Assembly (NCBI RefSeq): GCF_006345805.1
Contig: NC_043001.1
Location: 79,298,001-79,362,000, forward strand
From: Octopus sinensis
Taxonomy: Eukaryota
Length of the DNA: 64,000 nt
Direction: 5' to 3'
In this document: piece by piece, positions 25,761 through 38,978 of the stretch
Position numbering within the stretch: position 1 is the stretch's first letter
How the letters are laid out: each line of letters starts with the position of its first letter
Program-made: the position numbers and the translations under genes
Notes under the pieces: model-generated
Seen by the model: the letters and a program-made list of their open reading frames with translations, nothing else
Told to the model about the DNA's origin: nothing
The model's database searches: none

Positions 25761-26472
25761 AGAAACAGCGTGCTGCTAGCCATCTTATTTTCTTTACTAT
25801 ACACTGAACCTTACAAAGGTCCTGACAATTAATTTGTCGTATTTACATACCGAAATTTACCGGTAAATAATTGTTGGTTACATGAAAAACCACAGGAAAA
25901 TTATTTACCATTTTTATTGCATTACCATGTGGATTCCTCATTCCATTACGATTACCCAGAAGGCGCGCATGGCAGAATTTTGGAGGGAAAATTTACGTTC
26001 CCAGTCGTTACCTAGTTTTAACATCTGCGCACTTCCCCCCACTATCTGATGTCGCTGGGTCAGAAGTGAGGGCTGGTGGCATTTGGTAAAGCTATCGAAT
26101 ATAGCGCTGATGACGGAATTCAAACTACTTTTTCTATGTTTGTGATCCAGAAACACGGTGTTCGCTATTAACGGTAAGTGATTGCTTTCGTATATTTGCC
26201 ACTCCGGTTTTGTGTATGTGAGCCGTAAGGGCCTTCGTTTTTGGAATCTCCACTTATAGAAAATGGGAAAAACGGTCTTTGACTGCCATTTCTAATTCCT
26301 TCGGTATGAGGCGAAACAGCCTGCTGCTAGCCATCTTATTTTCTTTACTATATACTGAACCTTACAAAGGTCCTGACAATTAATTTGTCGTATTTACATA
26401 CCGAAATTTACCGGTAAATAATTGTTGGTTACCTGAAAAACCACAGGAAAATTATTTACCATTTTTTTATGC

Positions 26473-26477
<5 letters not shown>
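25761..26477 (+). mobile_element. Non-autonomous PLE with ~165 bp direct terminal repeats (pseudo-LTR/partial tandem) in (TA)n
   Basis: 25761-25925 is nearly identical to 26313-26477; internal HHR; TA tracts on both sides. Confidence 0.75.
26101..26168 (+). ncRNA. Type I hammerhead ribozyme
   Basis: ATAGCG-CTGATGA-CGGA..TCCA-GAAA-CAC G GTG-TT|CGCTAT; perfect 6-bp stem I, palindrome-like stem III. Confidence 0.75.
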
Positions 26478-26513
<36 letters not shown>

Positions 26514-26834
26514 TATATATATATACAGGGATGCACATATAAACAAACCGATATATACGCATTGTTTATGAGTATATATATAAATGCTTCGGTACACATC
26601 CCCACACACACAAACACACACACACACACAATATATATATATGTTATATATATATATATATGTATATATATGTTATATATATATGCATGTATATCAATCA
26701 TATGTAATATCGTATTATGATAAGTAGATCTTACGTAGTATACAATATGAATTTGATAACATTCTTATTATGATGTTTATATGTGCAAATATACAGGTGT
26801 ATTGGTGTGTGCTCATGGAGATCTCTTTATGTGC

Positions 26835-26868
<34 letters not shown>

Positions 26869-27277
26869 TTGTTTCTCTGTCTGTATGAACATAATATGCG
26901 TACACGCGCACATCTTTGTCTATGAGGGGGTGTGTGTCTGTGTGTGTTAGTATGATCATATCAAATATTCTAACGTAATACAAGAATGGATATCACATAT
27001 GAGATAAACTTCATCAGAATAAGGATAAGAAAACAACTAAAACTAAATGTAGAGAAAATAAATCAGAAATGAAACACTAGGAAAAATTTCAATAGAAAAT
27101 CAAATAATGAAGAAAATGGATTTTTTTTTCTTTACATGAGTCTTAAAAAATTATTCTAAAGCTGAAGAAAGCGAAATGAAATTCATACCCAAGATATATG
27201 AAAAAACTTCACTGCAAAATCATCTTAAACTTTACAGATATGAAAAAAAATGAAAAATGATGATGATGATGATGATG

Positions 27278-27345
<68 letters not shown>

Positions 27346-27527
27346 TTCAGGTTTTCTTGGTTGAGTTTATATTCTTCGTAACATTCTGATTCCGGCGAAC
27401 TGCATTTATTTTGTAATGTTTTGTAAACTATTTTCATAAATTATAAAAACAACATTTATAAATATTCATATATACGTGTATATATAATATAATATATATA
27501 TATATATGTATGTAAAATATATGTATA

Positions 27528-27567
<40 letters not shown>

Positions 27568-27748
27568 TGTGTGTTTTGAATATGTTATTTGAGATGCTCA
27601 AATAACTGTTTCGACTACATTGTAATCTGGTAATTTTCATCCCGATACATTTTCATGACTAATATTGGATTAGTTTTAAGTGAAATGAATCCGCACCCCA
27701 TCCTCGCCACGCAAATACACACCCACAAAATATAGCGAGACGTACATG

Positions 27749-27827
<79 letters not shown>

Positions 27828-27874
27828 GATCTATCTATATAAATATATATGATATATATAAGAATATATATACT

Positions 27875-27914
<40 letters not shown>

Positions 27915-28231
27915 CACGCATAGAGACACACAAACATATTTATATTTGATATCCGTGTACCTATCCGTCTATATATTTATCTATACATTATGCTTTATAT
28001 GTATACTTATTTAATAAATGGTGAAGAATAGACGTACTCCCAGACATAATCCAATGGAGTAACAACATAAGCTGGGGAAAGTAATCCAGGGTTTATATAT
28101 AATCCGATAAATAGGTATTCTGAGCTAATAATATTCTCTCTGGATATCTCTTGGACATTTGTACTTTTTGCATTCAAAGTATGCAAGCACAGGTATATGT
28201 ATGCCTACGTCCAAACACACAATCATTCTCT

Positions 28232-28281
<50 letters not shown>

Positions 28282-28412
28282 TTCTCACACACACAAACAT
28301 ACACACATAGAGGATGCGATGAATAAATTGTCGTCGAAATTACTCAAACATGAAAGTAACACTGTCATATCATTTTAACAGATATATTTACCAAAATTAC
28401 ATAAGAATATAT

Positions 28413-28630
28413 TCCTTTTTACTCTAGGCACAAGTTTCGAATTTTTTTTGTTTTGTTTTTTGAGAAGGGGTCCAGTCAATTAGAACGACCCCTATACGCA
28501 ACTGGTACTTAATTTATCGACCCTAAAGGATGAAAATTATATTCGACCTCGGTGGAATTTGAACCCAGAACCTAAAAATACCGCTAAGTATATCGTCCGG
28601 CGTGCTAACGCTTCTGCCAGCTCGCCGCCT
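28413..28630 (-). mobile_element. SINE family A, full length
   Basis: Minus head GGCGGCGAGCTGGCAGAAGCGTTAGCACGCCGG. Confidence 0.88.
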
Positions 28631-28664
28631 TGCATGAAATATTAAAGATTAAATTTTTCAATAA

Positions 28665-29113
28665 CATACCCAATGTCGTCATGCAGTACCAGCCTGAAAC
28701 TTAGACACTCCCATGTCCTTGGCAACGGACTGAATGACTTAGAAGGATGGTTGTCAATCATGACCAAAATCTCAGTAACAAATTAGAATGATCACAGTAA
28801 GTTTCCGAGCTCCGTCCCTTCGTAAACACCTTTAGACTCATCCAGCACTTTCGGAATCTTCTGCGTTGTCCTCAGAGTGACACTCAAACACTTTCAAATG
28901 TTTGTGTTGTAGCTTCCGGCGCGGATGCCAAGCAGTACAGCATATCATTTCTAAATATCTGTCAGAGTGAATTGCGTGATGGTGCTGTTTTTTCTCACAG
29001 ACTGTACCCAACAGACCCTACTATACTGTGTAGTCCACGAATCCAAAAATGAAAAACACGCATGCGCGAAATGAAACGTGGAGAACGGTGACATGTAGCC
29101 ATCGCAACAGGTA
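28665..29113 (-). mobile_element. 5' half of a maT-like Tc1/mariner element (same family as 3700-4436)
   Basis: TQFTLTDI*K*YAVLLGIRAGS..KVLDESKGVYEGT..MIDNHPSKS; TA-flanked end near 29113. Confidence 0.75.
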
Positions 29114-29363
29114 TATATCAATAAATATATAAATATATAAATGAACACGCTCAAAACACTCACACACACACAGACACTCATGCATACACACATATATATG
29201 GAGCTAGGATACATCCCAATGGCTTCCTCTTGAAGCATTTCTACTTATTTTATTATTACAATCAAATAAGTGGTCACCTTGCCTGAAGAATTTCTAATAG
29301 GAAATTTTTCACATGTCTATCTAATATTGAGACTCTGTAATACTCATCAGCAAATAAAACATG

Positions 29364-29945
<582 letters not shown>

Positions 29946-29950
29946 ACATA

Positions 29951-30125
29951 TGGAGGCGCAATGGCCCAGTGGTTAGGGCAGCGGACTCGCGGTCGGAGGA
30001 TCGCGGTTTCGAATCCCAGATCGGCCGTTGTGTGTGTTTATTGAGCGAAAACCTAAAAAAAGCTCCACGAGGCTCCGGCAGGGGGTGGTGATCCCTGCTT
30101 TACTCTTTCACCACTCTTTCTCTCA
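29951..30125 (+). mobile_element. SINE family C 5' part
   Basis: GGAGGCGCAATGGCCCAGTGGTTAGGGCAGCGG. Confidence 0.85.
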
Positions 30126-30264
30126 TTCTTTATATATATTTGTGGTGTGTGTGTATGCTTTTGTGTGTGTCATACATTTTACCAGATGTGTCATACATTT
30201 TACCAGATGTGGCTCATCCCATTGTGCTGTTGCTGTCCTTAGACGCGAGGAAAAATGGTACATT

Positions 30265-30600
30265 TTATTTAAGGTTAGGAATGTAGTGTATTGCCTAAGA
30301 TGTACTGAGGTTCGATGCAGATACATGACAGCTCTCTACATAGGGGAGACAACACGCTACATAAGAGAGTGCATAAGTGGACATTGGCGACAGCTCAAAT
30401 AAGGAAAATGCACGTCAGTGCATGCTCTACCAGCATGCTCAAGCAGAACATGGAGGGTAGATTAATAGCATAAAAGTTAAAGTAGTATTGACACATAGAA
30501 CTCACGCGACATTTAGACAGATTACACTAGGCAAACACACAACAGTAGACAAACCGATCCTCAATAGAAACCATAACTGGACAATAGCACTCACCACCAC
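30265..30600 (+). pseudogene. Penelope-like GIY-YIG endonuclease remnant
   Basis: NVVYCLRCT..ALYIGETTRYIRECISGH..FRQITL..PILNRN. Confidence 0.75.
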
Positions 30601-30999
30601 AGCACAGGATGTGAAGTGAGAGAGCAAGGAAAGGAAAAGAGCCGTAAATAATGTATAGAAACATGGAGGGTAATACACATACAATAATCATATGTGCAAT
30701 TACCAGTGATACTTATGGGAAATAGAGATCGATGTATAAAAAATTAAATAAATGAATATATAAATACATATGTAAATAAATATATAGATCTATCTGCTAC
30801 ATACCTGTGATAAATGTACGAGAGATATAGATAACATGAATAAATGAAACTATATAAAGGGCATGGATATATAATATATAATATATACATGTGTGTGTGT
30901 GTGTGTATGTTTGCGTGCGTGCGTGTATGCAACTTACACAAATGGAAGATACGAAAGTCTAATTTTTTGCTTTACTAAAATCATCTCCACGTCCGGAGG

Positions 31000-31372
31000 A
31001 TGTGTCACAAATACCAAATGGCAATTAAGACTGGGACATATGAATGGGGACGGTAATATCATAGCCGGAGGTGCTTTGACTTATAGGCACTCTCGGACCA
31101 GACAACAGTTATATATATTGCAAATATTCAATATGAACTTCGGTAAGCAGAGCATGGATAGACTTTAGTCATTTGTTGTTCCGAGTAGAGATGATTGGCT
31201 GAAGATTTCAATGAGCGATATAGAAGCTTCAAATATAGTATGTAGGAGAGGAGTGCGAATAGTGATTTGATTTTAGTTAACTGTTTAGCAGTACTGAAAC
31301 GTGTAACCAATATATGGTCATCGAAATCTTTTAGTGTTAGGATTACTTTATTCAATGTATGATTCTCTAATT
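31000..31372 (+). mobile_element. PLE 3' end with an HHR-like motif (31194-31311), ends at (TA)n
   Basis: ATTGG-CTGAAGA-(~90 nt)-GAAAC-GT-GTA-A-CCAAT. Confidence 0.5.
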
Positions 31373-31391
31373 ATATATATATATACATATA

Positions 31392-31580
31392 TAGTTAATC
31401 CAAACAAGAAAGCACAAAAACACACAACAACGCGAGGGACGTGGAACAAATATAGTATTATTGGACGCTCAGGAAAGAAGGACAGAAGGAAGGTTTAACG
31501 TTTCGAGCGGAGCCCTCGTCGGAAAAATAGGAGAAGGAAAGATCCAGAGAGGGAAGACAGAGGAAAAAAAAAATTGCCAA
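31392..31580 (-). mobile_element. PLE 3' end with a minimal HHR (31494-31527, U4 to C)
   Basis: Minus: TTT-CCGACGAG-GGC TCC GCTC-GAAAC-GT-T|AAA; homolog of 41753-41945. Confidence 0.7.
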
Positions 31581-31615
31581 CGGTACAGACGAGTATATAT
31601 ATAGATATATATATA

Positions 31616-31671
<56 letters not shown>

Positions 31672-32056
31672 ATATTATAATATATGCAGTATAAGAAGAA
31701 CTAAGTATGTAAAAGTTTTTAATTTTCATCTCATTAAATTTATCCAGCTTTTGTGTATCTAGCACACACTTCGCTTTTTAATGTACTTATATATGAATAA
31801 TATATAGCGTGTGCGAGAACACCGGCGATAATAATTAATTTTATTGTATCGCATTTGACTTTGTTTACGTATTTTCTCGATAAATTTTTGAGCGTTAGAC
31901 GATATACCAGAAATCCCTATTTGTCGGGTACGTTCTGAGTCTGCGCAGTGATTTGAATAGTTTAGAAAGAGCAATTTATTAATAGACGCATGTGCCTTAT
32001 GAAGTGCGCTTCCCATAATAACAGGCTCTTACTGAAGAGCCTACCTGAGTAAATAA

Positions 32057-32156
32057 NNNNNNNNNNNNNNNNNNNNNNNNNNNNNNNNNNNNNNNNNNNN
32101 NNNNNNNNNNNNNNNNNNNNNNNNNNNNNNNNNNNNNNNNNNNNNNNNNNNNNNNN
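32057..32156. other. Assembly gap (100 N)
   Basis: Run of N. Confidence 1.
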
Positions 32157-32390
32157 AAACATATGCGATTGTGTTTCTCTAACATCAACCACTCTTTTTT
32201 CCTTAATTGATTTGATTCCTGAGATTGTCTACCTTTGTTATACGGAGCTAGCTTCAATTTCGTATTTGAGACTGATTCTATACAGCCCGAGAATATCTTA
32301 ATGAGTCAAGAATTAATGTTATAACATATTTCATTTATCTATATTCATATCTCTGTCTCTGTCTCTGGCTTCCTTTATATATATATGTGT

Positions 32391-32432
<42 letters not shown>

Positions 32433-32447
32433 ATTACATACAGTCAT

Positions 32448-32620
32448 ACGCGTGGTTGTATGCTAAGAAGCTTGCTTCGCAGCCTCATGGTTCCGGGTTC
32501 ATTCCCACTGAGTGGAACCTTGCACTTGTCTTCTTCTATAGCCTCGGGCTGTACAAAACGTTGTATAGATATTCCCAGTATGGCCGAAGTCTAATGATTC
32601 AAACGAGTAAAGGAAAGTAT

Positions 32621-32625
<5 letters not shown>
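32448..32625 (+). mobile_element. SINE family B, internally deleted
   Basis: Head GCGTGGTTGTATGCTAAG..GGTTCATTCCC joined to tail CAGTATGGCCGAAGTC..GAGTAAA. Confidence 0.7.
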
Positions 32626-32654
<29 letters not shown>

Positions 32655-32686
32655 ATATATATGTGTGGTGGTGTGTGTGTGTGTGT

Positions 32687-32721
<35 letters not shown>

Positions 32722-32780
32722 TGGTGTGTGGCATAGTGTGTGTGTGCATAGTGTTAATTATTATTAGGAGATAGATTTCG

Positions 32781-33233
32781 TACTCTTTTATTCTTTTCAT
32801 TGCTTCACTCATTTGACTGTGGCCATGTTGGAGCACCGCCTTTAGTCGAGCAAATCGACTCCAGGACTTGTTCTTCGTAAGCCTAGTGCTTATTCTATCG
32901 GTCTCTTTAGCCAAACCGCTAAGTTACGGGGACGTAAGCACACCGGCATCGGTTGTCAAGTGATGTTGGTGGGGGGGACAGACACAGATACACCAACATA
33001 TACACACACATACATATATATGTATATATATAAATATATATATATATATTTATTTATTCATTTATATATATGACGGGCTTCTTTCAGTTTCCGTCGACCA
33101 AATCTACTCAAAAGGCTTTGGTCGGTCCGAGGCTATAGTAGAAGACACTTGCCCAAGTTTCCACGCAGTGGGACTGAACACGGAACCATGTGGTTCGTAA
33201 GCAAGCTACTTACCACACAGTCACTCCCACGGC
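32781..33233 (-). mobile_element. SINE family B, full length
   Basis: Homologous to 7285-7703. Confidence 0.9.
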
Positions 33234-33339
33234 TTTTATTATGCATCGATCAGTTTAATTCACTTCAGCCTAAACTGTGCCGGTGCTCCACTCAACATTT
33301 AGGCACACTCATCAAATTATACTTTTTTGTCTAAATTAT

Positions 33340-33369
<30 letters not shown>

Positions 33370-33375
<6 letters not shown>

Positions 33376-33530
33376 GTTTTTTTCCTTGTTTTCTTCTGTG
33401 TATCTTTCTGTCGAAGAGCGTAGGCTCGAAACGTAAAATACTTTTTCTATTTCTATCCCTGAGCGCTATACTAATACATTACTCCACCTGCCTTCGTCTT
33501 TTGTTTATTTTCGTAAACTTTCCCGTTATA
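33370..33530 (+). mobile_element. PLE-type terminus with a minimal HHR (33400-33441), between (TA)n tracts
   Basis: GTATCTTT-CTGTCGAA-GAGC GTAG GCTC-GAAAC-GT-A|AAATAC. Confidence 0.6.
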
Positions 33531-34592
33531 TATATATATATTATATATATATATATATATATAATATATATATATATGTATATATCATTTCACACACACA
33601 AAAAAAAGCGTTGGTGGCAGGCGTGCACCAACAACTCAGTCCCTTATCTCCTCCGCAGTAACCCTTCAGCTTTTGATACTCTACACGTGTAAACACATAC
33701 ACACACAAACCACAGATACGGGCGTGTGGTTAATAAGTGCATTTTGCAGCAGTGAGTCAAAACCAGGCTCTCGGTCAGTCATGAGGTCATGAAATATCTG
33801 TTTCAAATTCCACTTTATCTTATCCTGGATGAGTGTTTATTTTCTCTCTCTCTTTTATCATAGCTACGAGTCGATTGATATGTCTTGGATGAAAATACTA
33901 ATTGAAAACTATGTAGAATCCATTTCGTCAATCTTTACAAGTAATTTACAAACCCAGCCTTATCTACAGAACCATGGTGGTTCTGCAGATTGGAGTAAAA
34001 GCACACGAATTTGGGAATACTTAGTGACAATGCATACTGGTTCGATCAGTAGATAATCCAGATGATCAAAGTGAGATAATCATCGCCAAAATCGACGGAG
34101 GTCTGTTTCATCCATATAATTTTCAATATACGTCTATAGATGTGTGTAAGTTTATACACGTATATGTAGTAGAGAAAGACGGAGAAAAGACGTTTGTGTA
34201 TGTGTAAGTGTGTGTGTGCCTGTATGTGTGAGTGTGTGATGCATGTGTTCATGAAGTGCATAATATTGTATAGATAGAGCAATTTAACAACATCTAAGTT
34301 ATATACCCGTTAGATGTAATTTTATGCATGACGTGAAACCAATAACGTGTTCCTGTACTCATCAAAAACTCTTTAAATTGAAAGCAAGTGTTTCCACATC
34401 TACAACTCGAAAGGGTTGTTGCCTTTGAATTTAAACCTTAAAATTGTTTCTCAGATATATGTAATTCCCACAGAGCTATACTTGGCAAACTACTACCAAC
34501 GGGAAATTGAGAAATTATCAATGTGTATGTGTGCGTATAAGCACCCCCTCTCTCTCTCTCTTTCTCTCCTTTTCTCCTTCTCACGCTCTCTT

Positions 34593-34627
<35 letters not shown>

Positions 34628-34930
34628 GTGATTGTATGAGGTTTCAAATGTATTTAAATATACTGAAGTATCCGATATAATTATATCGTAGAATAAACGA
34701 TGAGTTTACTAAATTTATGGAAAAAAGAAAAACAAAACCAAAAATAGGTTTTCCCTTGTTATGATTTATTAATTGGACATTGCAATGGCAGAATCGTTCG
34801 ATTGTCTGATAAAGTGTATTGGAGTATTTGTTTCGGATGTTTACATTCTAAGTTCCAATCCTATCCTGGTCAAATTTGGTGTGCATCCATTTCTCAATAT
34901 AATAATATATGTGCAAGTTTGACATATTTT

Positions 34931-35012
<82 letters not shown>

Positions 35013-35492
35013 CAGAGACAGACAGACACTGAGCTCGGATATATTATAAAAAGACGTAAAACTGCGGTAAATTTCTCGAGAAAGCATCTCGTATCGACAT
35101 ATGCAAGAATCACTCACCATATAGCGGTTCACCTATCCTAGTTTATTATTTAAGCTTACGTCGATTCTTCCGTGGTGTAGTTTTGCGTTTATAATAAAAT
35201 AACTATATACAAATTATAAAAATAATAAAAAAATATATACAGTACTGTTCCTACTTTGCCGATTTTCACCTATCGCGGTGGTGTTTGGAACATAAGACAC
35301 TCGTTAGTCTAACATAACAGAAATGTATCAGCAACAGACGAAAAGGAGACAACAGAGATAGTGCAATTCAGAGACGCTTTCGATTTGCTGCTAATGCTTC
35401 ATGCCCGTTTAAATGAACACTATACGTGCCAACCCACATAACTATCGACCCTTGAGTCATTCTGTTGCTTCTGTCAAATATATATAATATAT

Positions 35493-36172
35493 GAGGTAAA
35501 CGGAAAATGGATTTAGCAAAAATCTTTATTCAACACAACGATCGTTTCGATCCATCTTGCGTCTGTCCCTTACGGGTTGGATATTGTACTGCTAGTTGTG
35601 CTGCATGCATTAGTGCAGGGTGCGTCTCGTCAGATGTCTCTTATTTAAACGCAATGGCCCAGTGGTTAGGGCAGTGGACTTGCGGTCATAGGATCGCGCT
35701 TTCGATTGCCATACCGGGTGTTGTGAGTGTTTATTGAGCGAAAACACCTAAAGCTCCACGAGACTCCGGCAGGGAATCGTGGCGAAGCCTGCTGTACTCT
35801 TTCACCGCAACTTTCTCTCACTCTTACTTCCTGCTTCTGTTGTGCCTGTAATTCAAAGGGCCAGCCTTGTCACACTGTGTCACGCTGATTATCCCCGAGA
35901 ACTACGTTAAGGGTACACGTGTCTGTGGAGTGCTCAGTCACTTGCACGTTAATTTCACGAGCAGGCTGTTCCGTTGATCGGATCAACTGGAACCCTCGTC
36001 CTCGTAAGCGATAGAGTGCCAACTAAAAAATTTAAACGAGTCACAGACTGCATGGATGGATGCAGCACAACTGGCTGTACAATATCATACCCGTAAGGGA
36101 CAGATGCAAGATGGCTCGAATCGATCGTTGTTTTAAATAAAGATTCTTGCTAAATCCATTTTCCGTTTCCCC
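35493..36172. mobile_element. Fold-back MITE (~140 bp inverted arms) with a central SINE insertion
   Basis: 35493-35630 is the reverse complement of ~36035-36172 (AAACGGAAAATGGATTTAGCAA..GTCCCTTACGGGT..GTTGTGCTGCAT). Confidence 0.85.
35652..36029 (+). mobile_element. SINE family C, near full length, 9-bp TSD ATTTAAACG
   Basis: TSD at 35643-35651 and 36030-36038. Confidence 0.88.
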
Positions 36173-36479
36173 TATTCCTTAAAAACTCAACGCACACTTT
36201 GGAGTTCCTGACGAAGATCCAATGACAAATATTTCGTAACTGCTGATGACATCATGAAACCTAAACGGTGAAAATGCTTTAATCGACATACGACTAAACA
36301 TATACCCAAAATCCAGACTTTGGGTATCTTTTCCTTAAATTCATCCTGCTACAATAATAGTAAAAGCAAGCAATTTAATTATTCTAGTCTGAAGTACTAT
36401 TCAAAAATTTGCTAAAAAAATTATGATGGAGTATACTGTATGCTGGAAATTTATATGGTCATATGCACCGAGGAGAGCT

Positions 36480-36760
36480 ATTTATTTCATATTGGTGTAA
36501 TGTTTGCATTGATCGATTAAATGGAGCCGCTTGAAACAGCCGTAATGCACTGATACCTGGTCATCCTTGTTGTTTATATATATGTGGTATAAATATGCAT
36601 CATCCTGACAGTATCCAGAGAAAAGCAGTGAAACTGTTTATATTTATCAAGAAATGCAGTTACTTTATGAAGGAGTCCCTAATTTGCATACCGATATTGC
36701 TTAACCCTCTATGAATACCAGCGACATATGAACGGGAATTCTAGTCCACGCAGTATCAAG
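36480..36760 (+). mobile_element. Decayed L2/CR1-type LINE 3' fragment
   Basis: DSIQRKAVKL motif (~36610-36640). Confidence 0.4.
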
Positions 36761-36799
36761 GAATGATATATACATGAAAGGCTATTTTTCATTTTCTAT

Positions 36800-36930
36800 C
36801 TAATAAATTCTCTCACAAGGCTTTGGTCAGCCTTAGTTGTAGAGACTTGCCCAACGTGCATATAGTGAGACTGAACCCGAAATCATGTGGTTGGGAAGCA
36901 AGCGTCATTACCACACATCTACGCCTACAA
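36800..36930 (-). mobile_element. SINE family B head fragment
   Basis: CACAAGGCTTTGGTC..GACTGAACCCG..CATGTGGTTGGGAAGC. Confidence 0.7.
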
Positions 36931-37644
36931 CATCCAATATGATGTTAATTATCTAAGAAATTGTGTGGAATTAACGGTAAATATATCTGCTGTTTCTAGA
37001 AACTGCTATCTATGTAGAACCACCCACGACGGATTGTAATGGTGGTGGTGGTGGTGGTGGTGGTGCTGCTGCTGCTGCTGCTCCTGCTGGTAGTATTTAT
37101 CACATGGTAGTAGTTTTTTTTTTGCTTCCCTTTGTTATGGTCTAGATTAGCCATATCAAGTAAGAACTATAGATTTCAGACTGACGGAAACAAAACCCAC
37201 ACAAATTAAAGTGACCTTCCTGTTAAACGAGCTTAGAGCCTGAACTGAAAGGTATTTTGCTACTATATCTAACTGACTGAATGACCGATTTATGTCTTCC
37301 TGATAATTAAGACATGTACAATAGACAATGCAGCCACCATATTTCAACAACGGAATGAAAGTGGGCGTTAGTAATTAAGACGATGATTGTTATTTCATAT
37401 CAATCAAAGCAAGAGGAAGCTTCTTAGCATTTCTTAGTATTGGATGTTGTCCAGTGTATGTGTGTGTCTATGCGTGATACTATGTGTGTGTCTGTATCTC
37501 TGGTCGACTGAGACTAGAGAAGATACGATGGTGTTTCGCCAAAAGAAGGTCAGAAGTCCGTTTGCCTATTCCTGGCTACTCATCAAATCTCCGTAAATTT
37601 TTCTTTGATACAACAATAGCAGTAGCAGTAGCTGCAGTATTATT

Positions 37645-37685
<41 letters not shown>

Positions 37686-37688
<3 letters not shown>

Positions 37689-37845
37689 GTTGGCGAGTTG
37701 GCAGAATCGATAGCACGTCCGGCAAAATGCTTAGCGGTATTTCATCCATCTTCACATTCTGGGTTCTAATTCCGCCGAGGTTAACTTTGCCTTTCATCTT
37801 TTCAGGGTCGATAAATTATGTACCACTCAAGTACTGGGGTAAAAT
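37686..37845 (+). mobile_element. SINE family A
   Basis: GGCGAGTTGGCAGAATCGATAGCACGTCCGG. Confidence 0.85.
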
Positions 37846-38287
37846 ATACGACGCCCAGTATGCCAATCATGACTACCCGTCTGATAAAGGTACATCAAGC
37901 ACATGGATCACATGCAAATGTTCGTGACATGGTGATTTCATATCAATATAACCAGCGCAGGACATCGCAGGTGGGGGCCAGTTAGAATTTTTTTCAGGCG
38001 GAGTGGCCCATCCCTCACAAATGGTCTTCGAATAAGGATTGTTTAAGGAGATTGAAAAATAACATCCATGTTTCCAGAGGTCAATTGATACTCATCCGCC
38101 GATATTTCTGCTCATGATCAGAGATGCACGTATCGTCAGCCACCAAATGACATACGCAAATGGTTAAGGTCAAACAACTGACAAGCAAATCTGTGCTATT
38201 GAGCAGAATATTTGCTGGAGCCCATCTTTTATACCAAGACAAAACATGTACATTATAACACTTCCAATCAGTTAAGGTCAGAAGCCC
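37843..38287 (-). mobile_element. Second copy of the 540 bp AAT-tailed repeat, fused to SINE A at ACTGGGGT microhomology
   Basis: Homologous to 14300-14790. Confidence 0.8.
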
Positions 38288-38289
38288 TG

Positions 38290-38978
38290 ATAGCCAATAC
38301 ATTGTACTGCATCAGGGCAGTCATTATTCGAGACGGTCCTGCATGCATTCGTCCAGTGCTCGAGCATTGCTGACCTTTGTGTTTATGTCGCACACCTGCT
38401 GTCACGTGTAGGATTCGGCTGTTAACTGAATCCATCGTGAATATCGTCCCGCCGCCTTCCTGTAACCGAGAAGACGATGCTGTTTTTATACGCCTGATGG
38501 TCATCGCGAAATAGGTTGTATGGTGTACGAGACTGAAGAGGCTGATGACAAAAACTTTTCTTTTTGACCAATCCCTGATAAACTTCTTCAAGTTTCACTT
38601 GAAAAGGAAAATAAGGGTAGAGAAGGAAGCGTTGTCTTCTAGCTAGTTTGCTAAAGGCGAATGGAAGTGACGAGAATGGTGCGAGAGAACGGGCCTGCCC
38701 TGAGGATATACCTGTAGTTGGAAAAAAGGAAAGTAAAAAAAGGCACATGCCCCAAAAGTCAGGGTACTTATGGTTTTTGACGGTGTTGTCCCATTAGCAA
38801 CCCTCGAAAGTCTCATCCCTATTGAGGATGACGCATTGTTGATTTCTTCCATTTTTCCTTTTCTGAAAGTTGTTAATCTTGTTTACACGAAAAACCCTCA
38901 AAACACACATTCACACGCATACACACGCACTCTTTATTTTATCCTGTATTGTCCGTAATGTGGTTAATAAACAAAATT
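38290..38978 (+). mobile_element. Tx1/L1-clade LINE 3' fragment
   Basis: ETVLHAFVQC zinc-knuckle half; SIVNIVPPPS; VVWCTRLK..SLINFFKFHLKRKIRVE; 3'UTR ending AATAAA. Confidence 0.7.

Noticed and set aside
26965-27025. TATTCTGATGAAG..ACGTTAGAATA hammerhead-like motif (minus)
   Set aside because: GAAA half missing
29283-29350. CTGAAGA with an ATTTC/GAAAT hairpin; CTGATGA on the opposite strand
   Set aside because: GAAA is not correctly placed after stem II on either strand
32023-32042. AGGCTCTT-ACTG-AAGAGCCT hairpin (terminator-like)
   Set aside because: Isolated 8-bp stem next to an assembly gap; no bacterial context
36205-36275. CTGACGA / CTGATGA..GAAAC cluster
   Set aside because: Stems are inconsistent and there is no N17 cleavage nucleotide; at best a very decayed relic
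38341-38373. IRPVLEHC, an L2/CR1 thumb-like motif
   Set aside because: It is an alternative frame of the Tx1/L1 zinc-knuckle segment, which fits the surrounding sequence better
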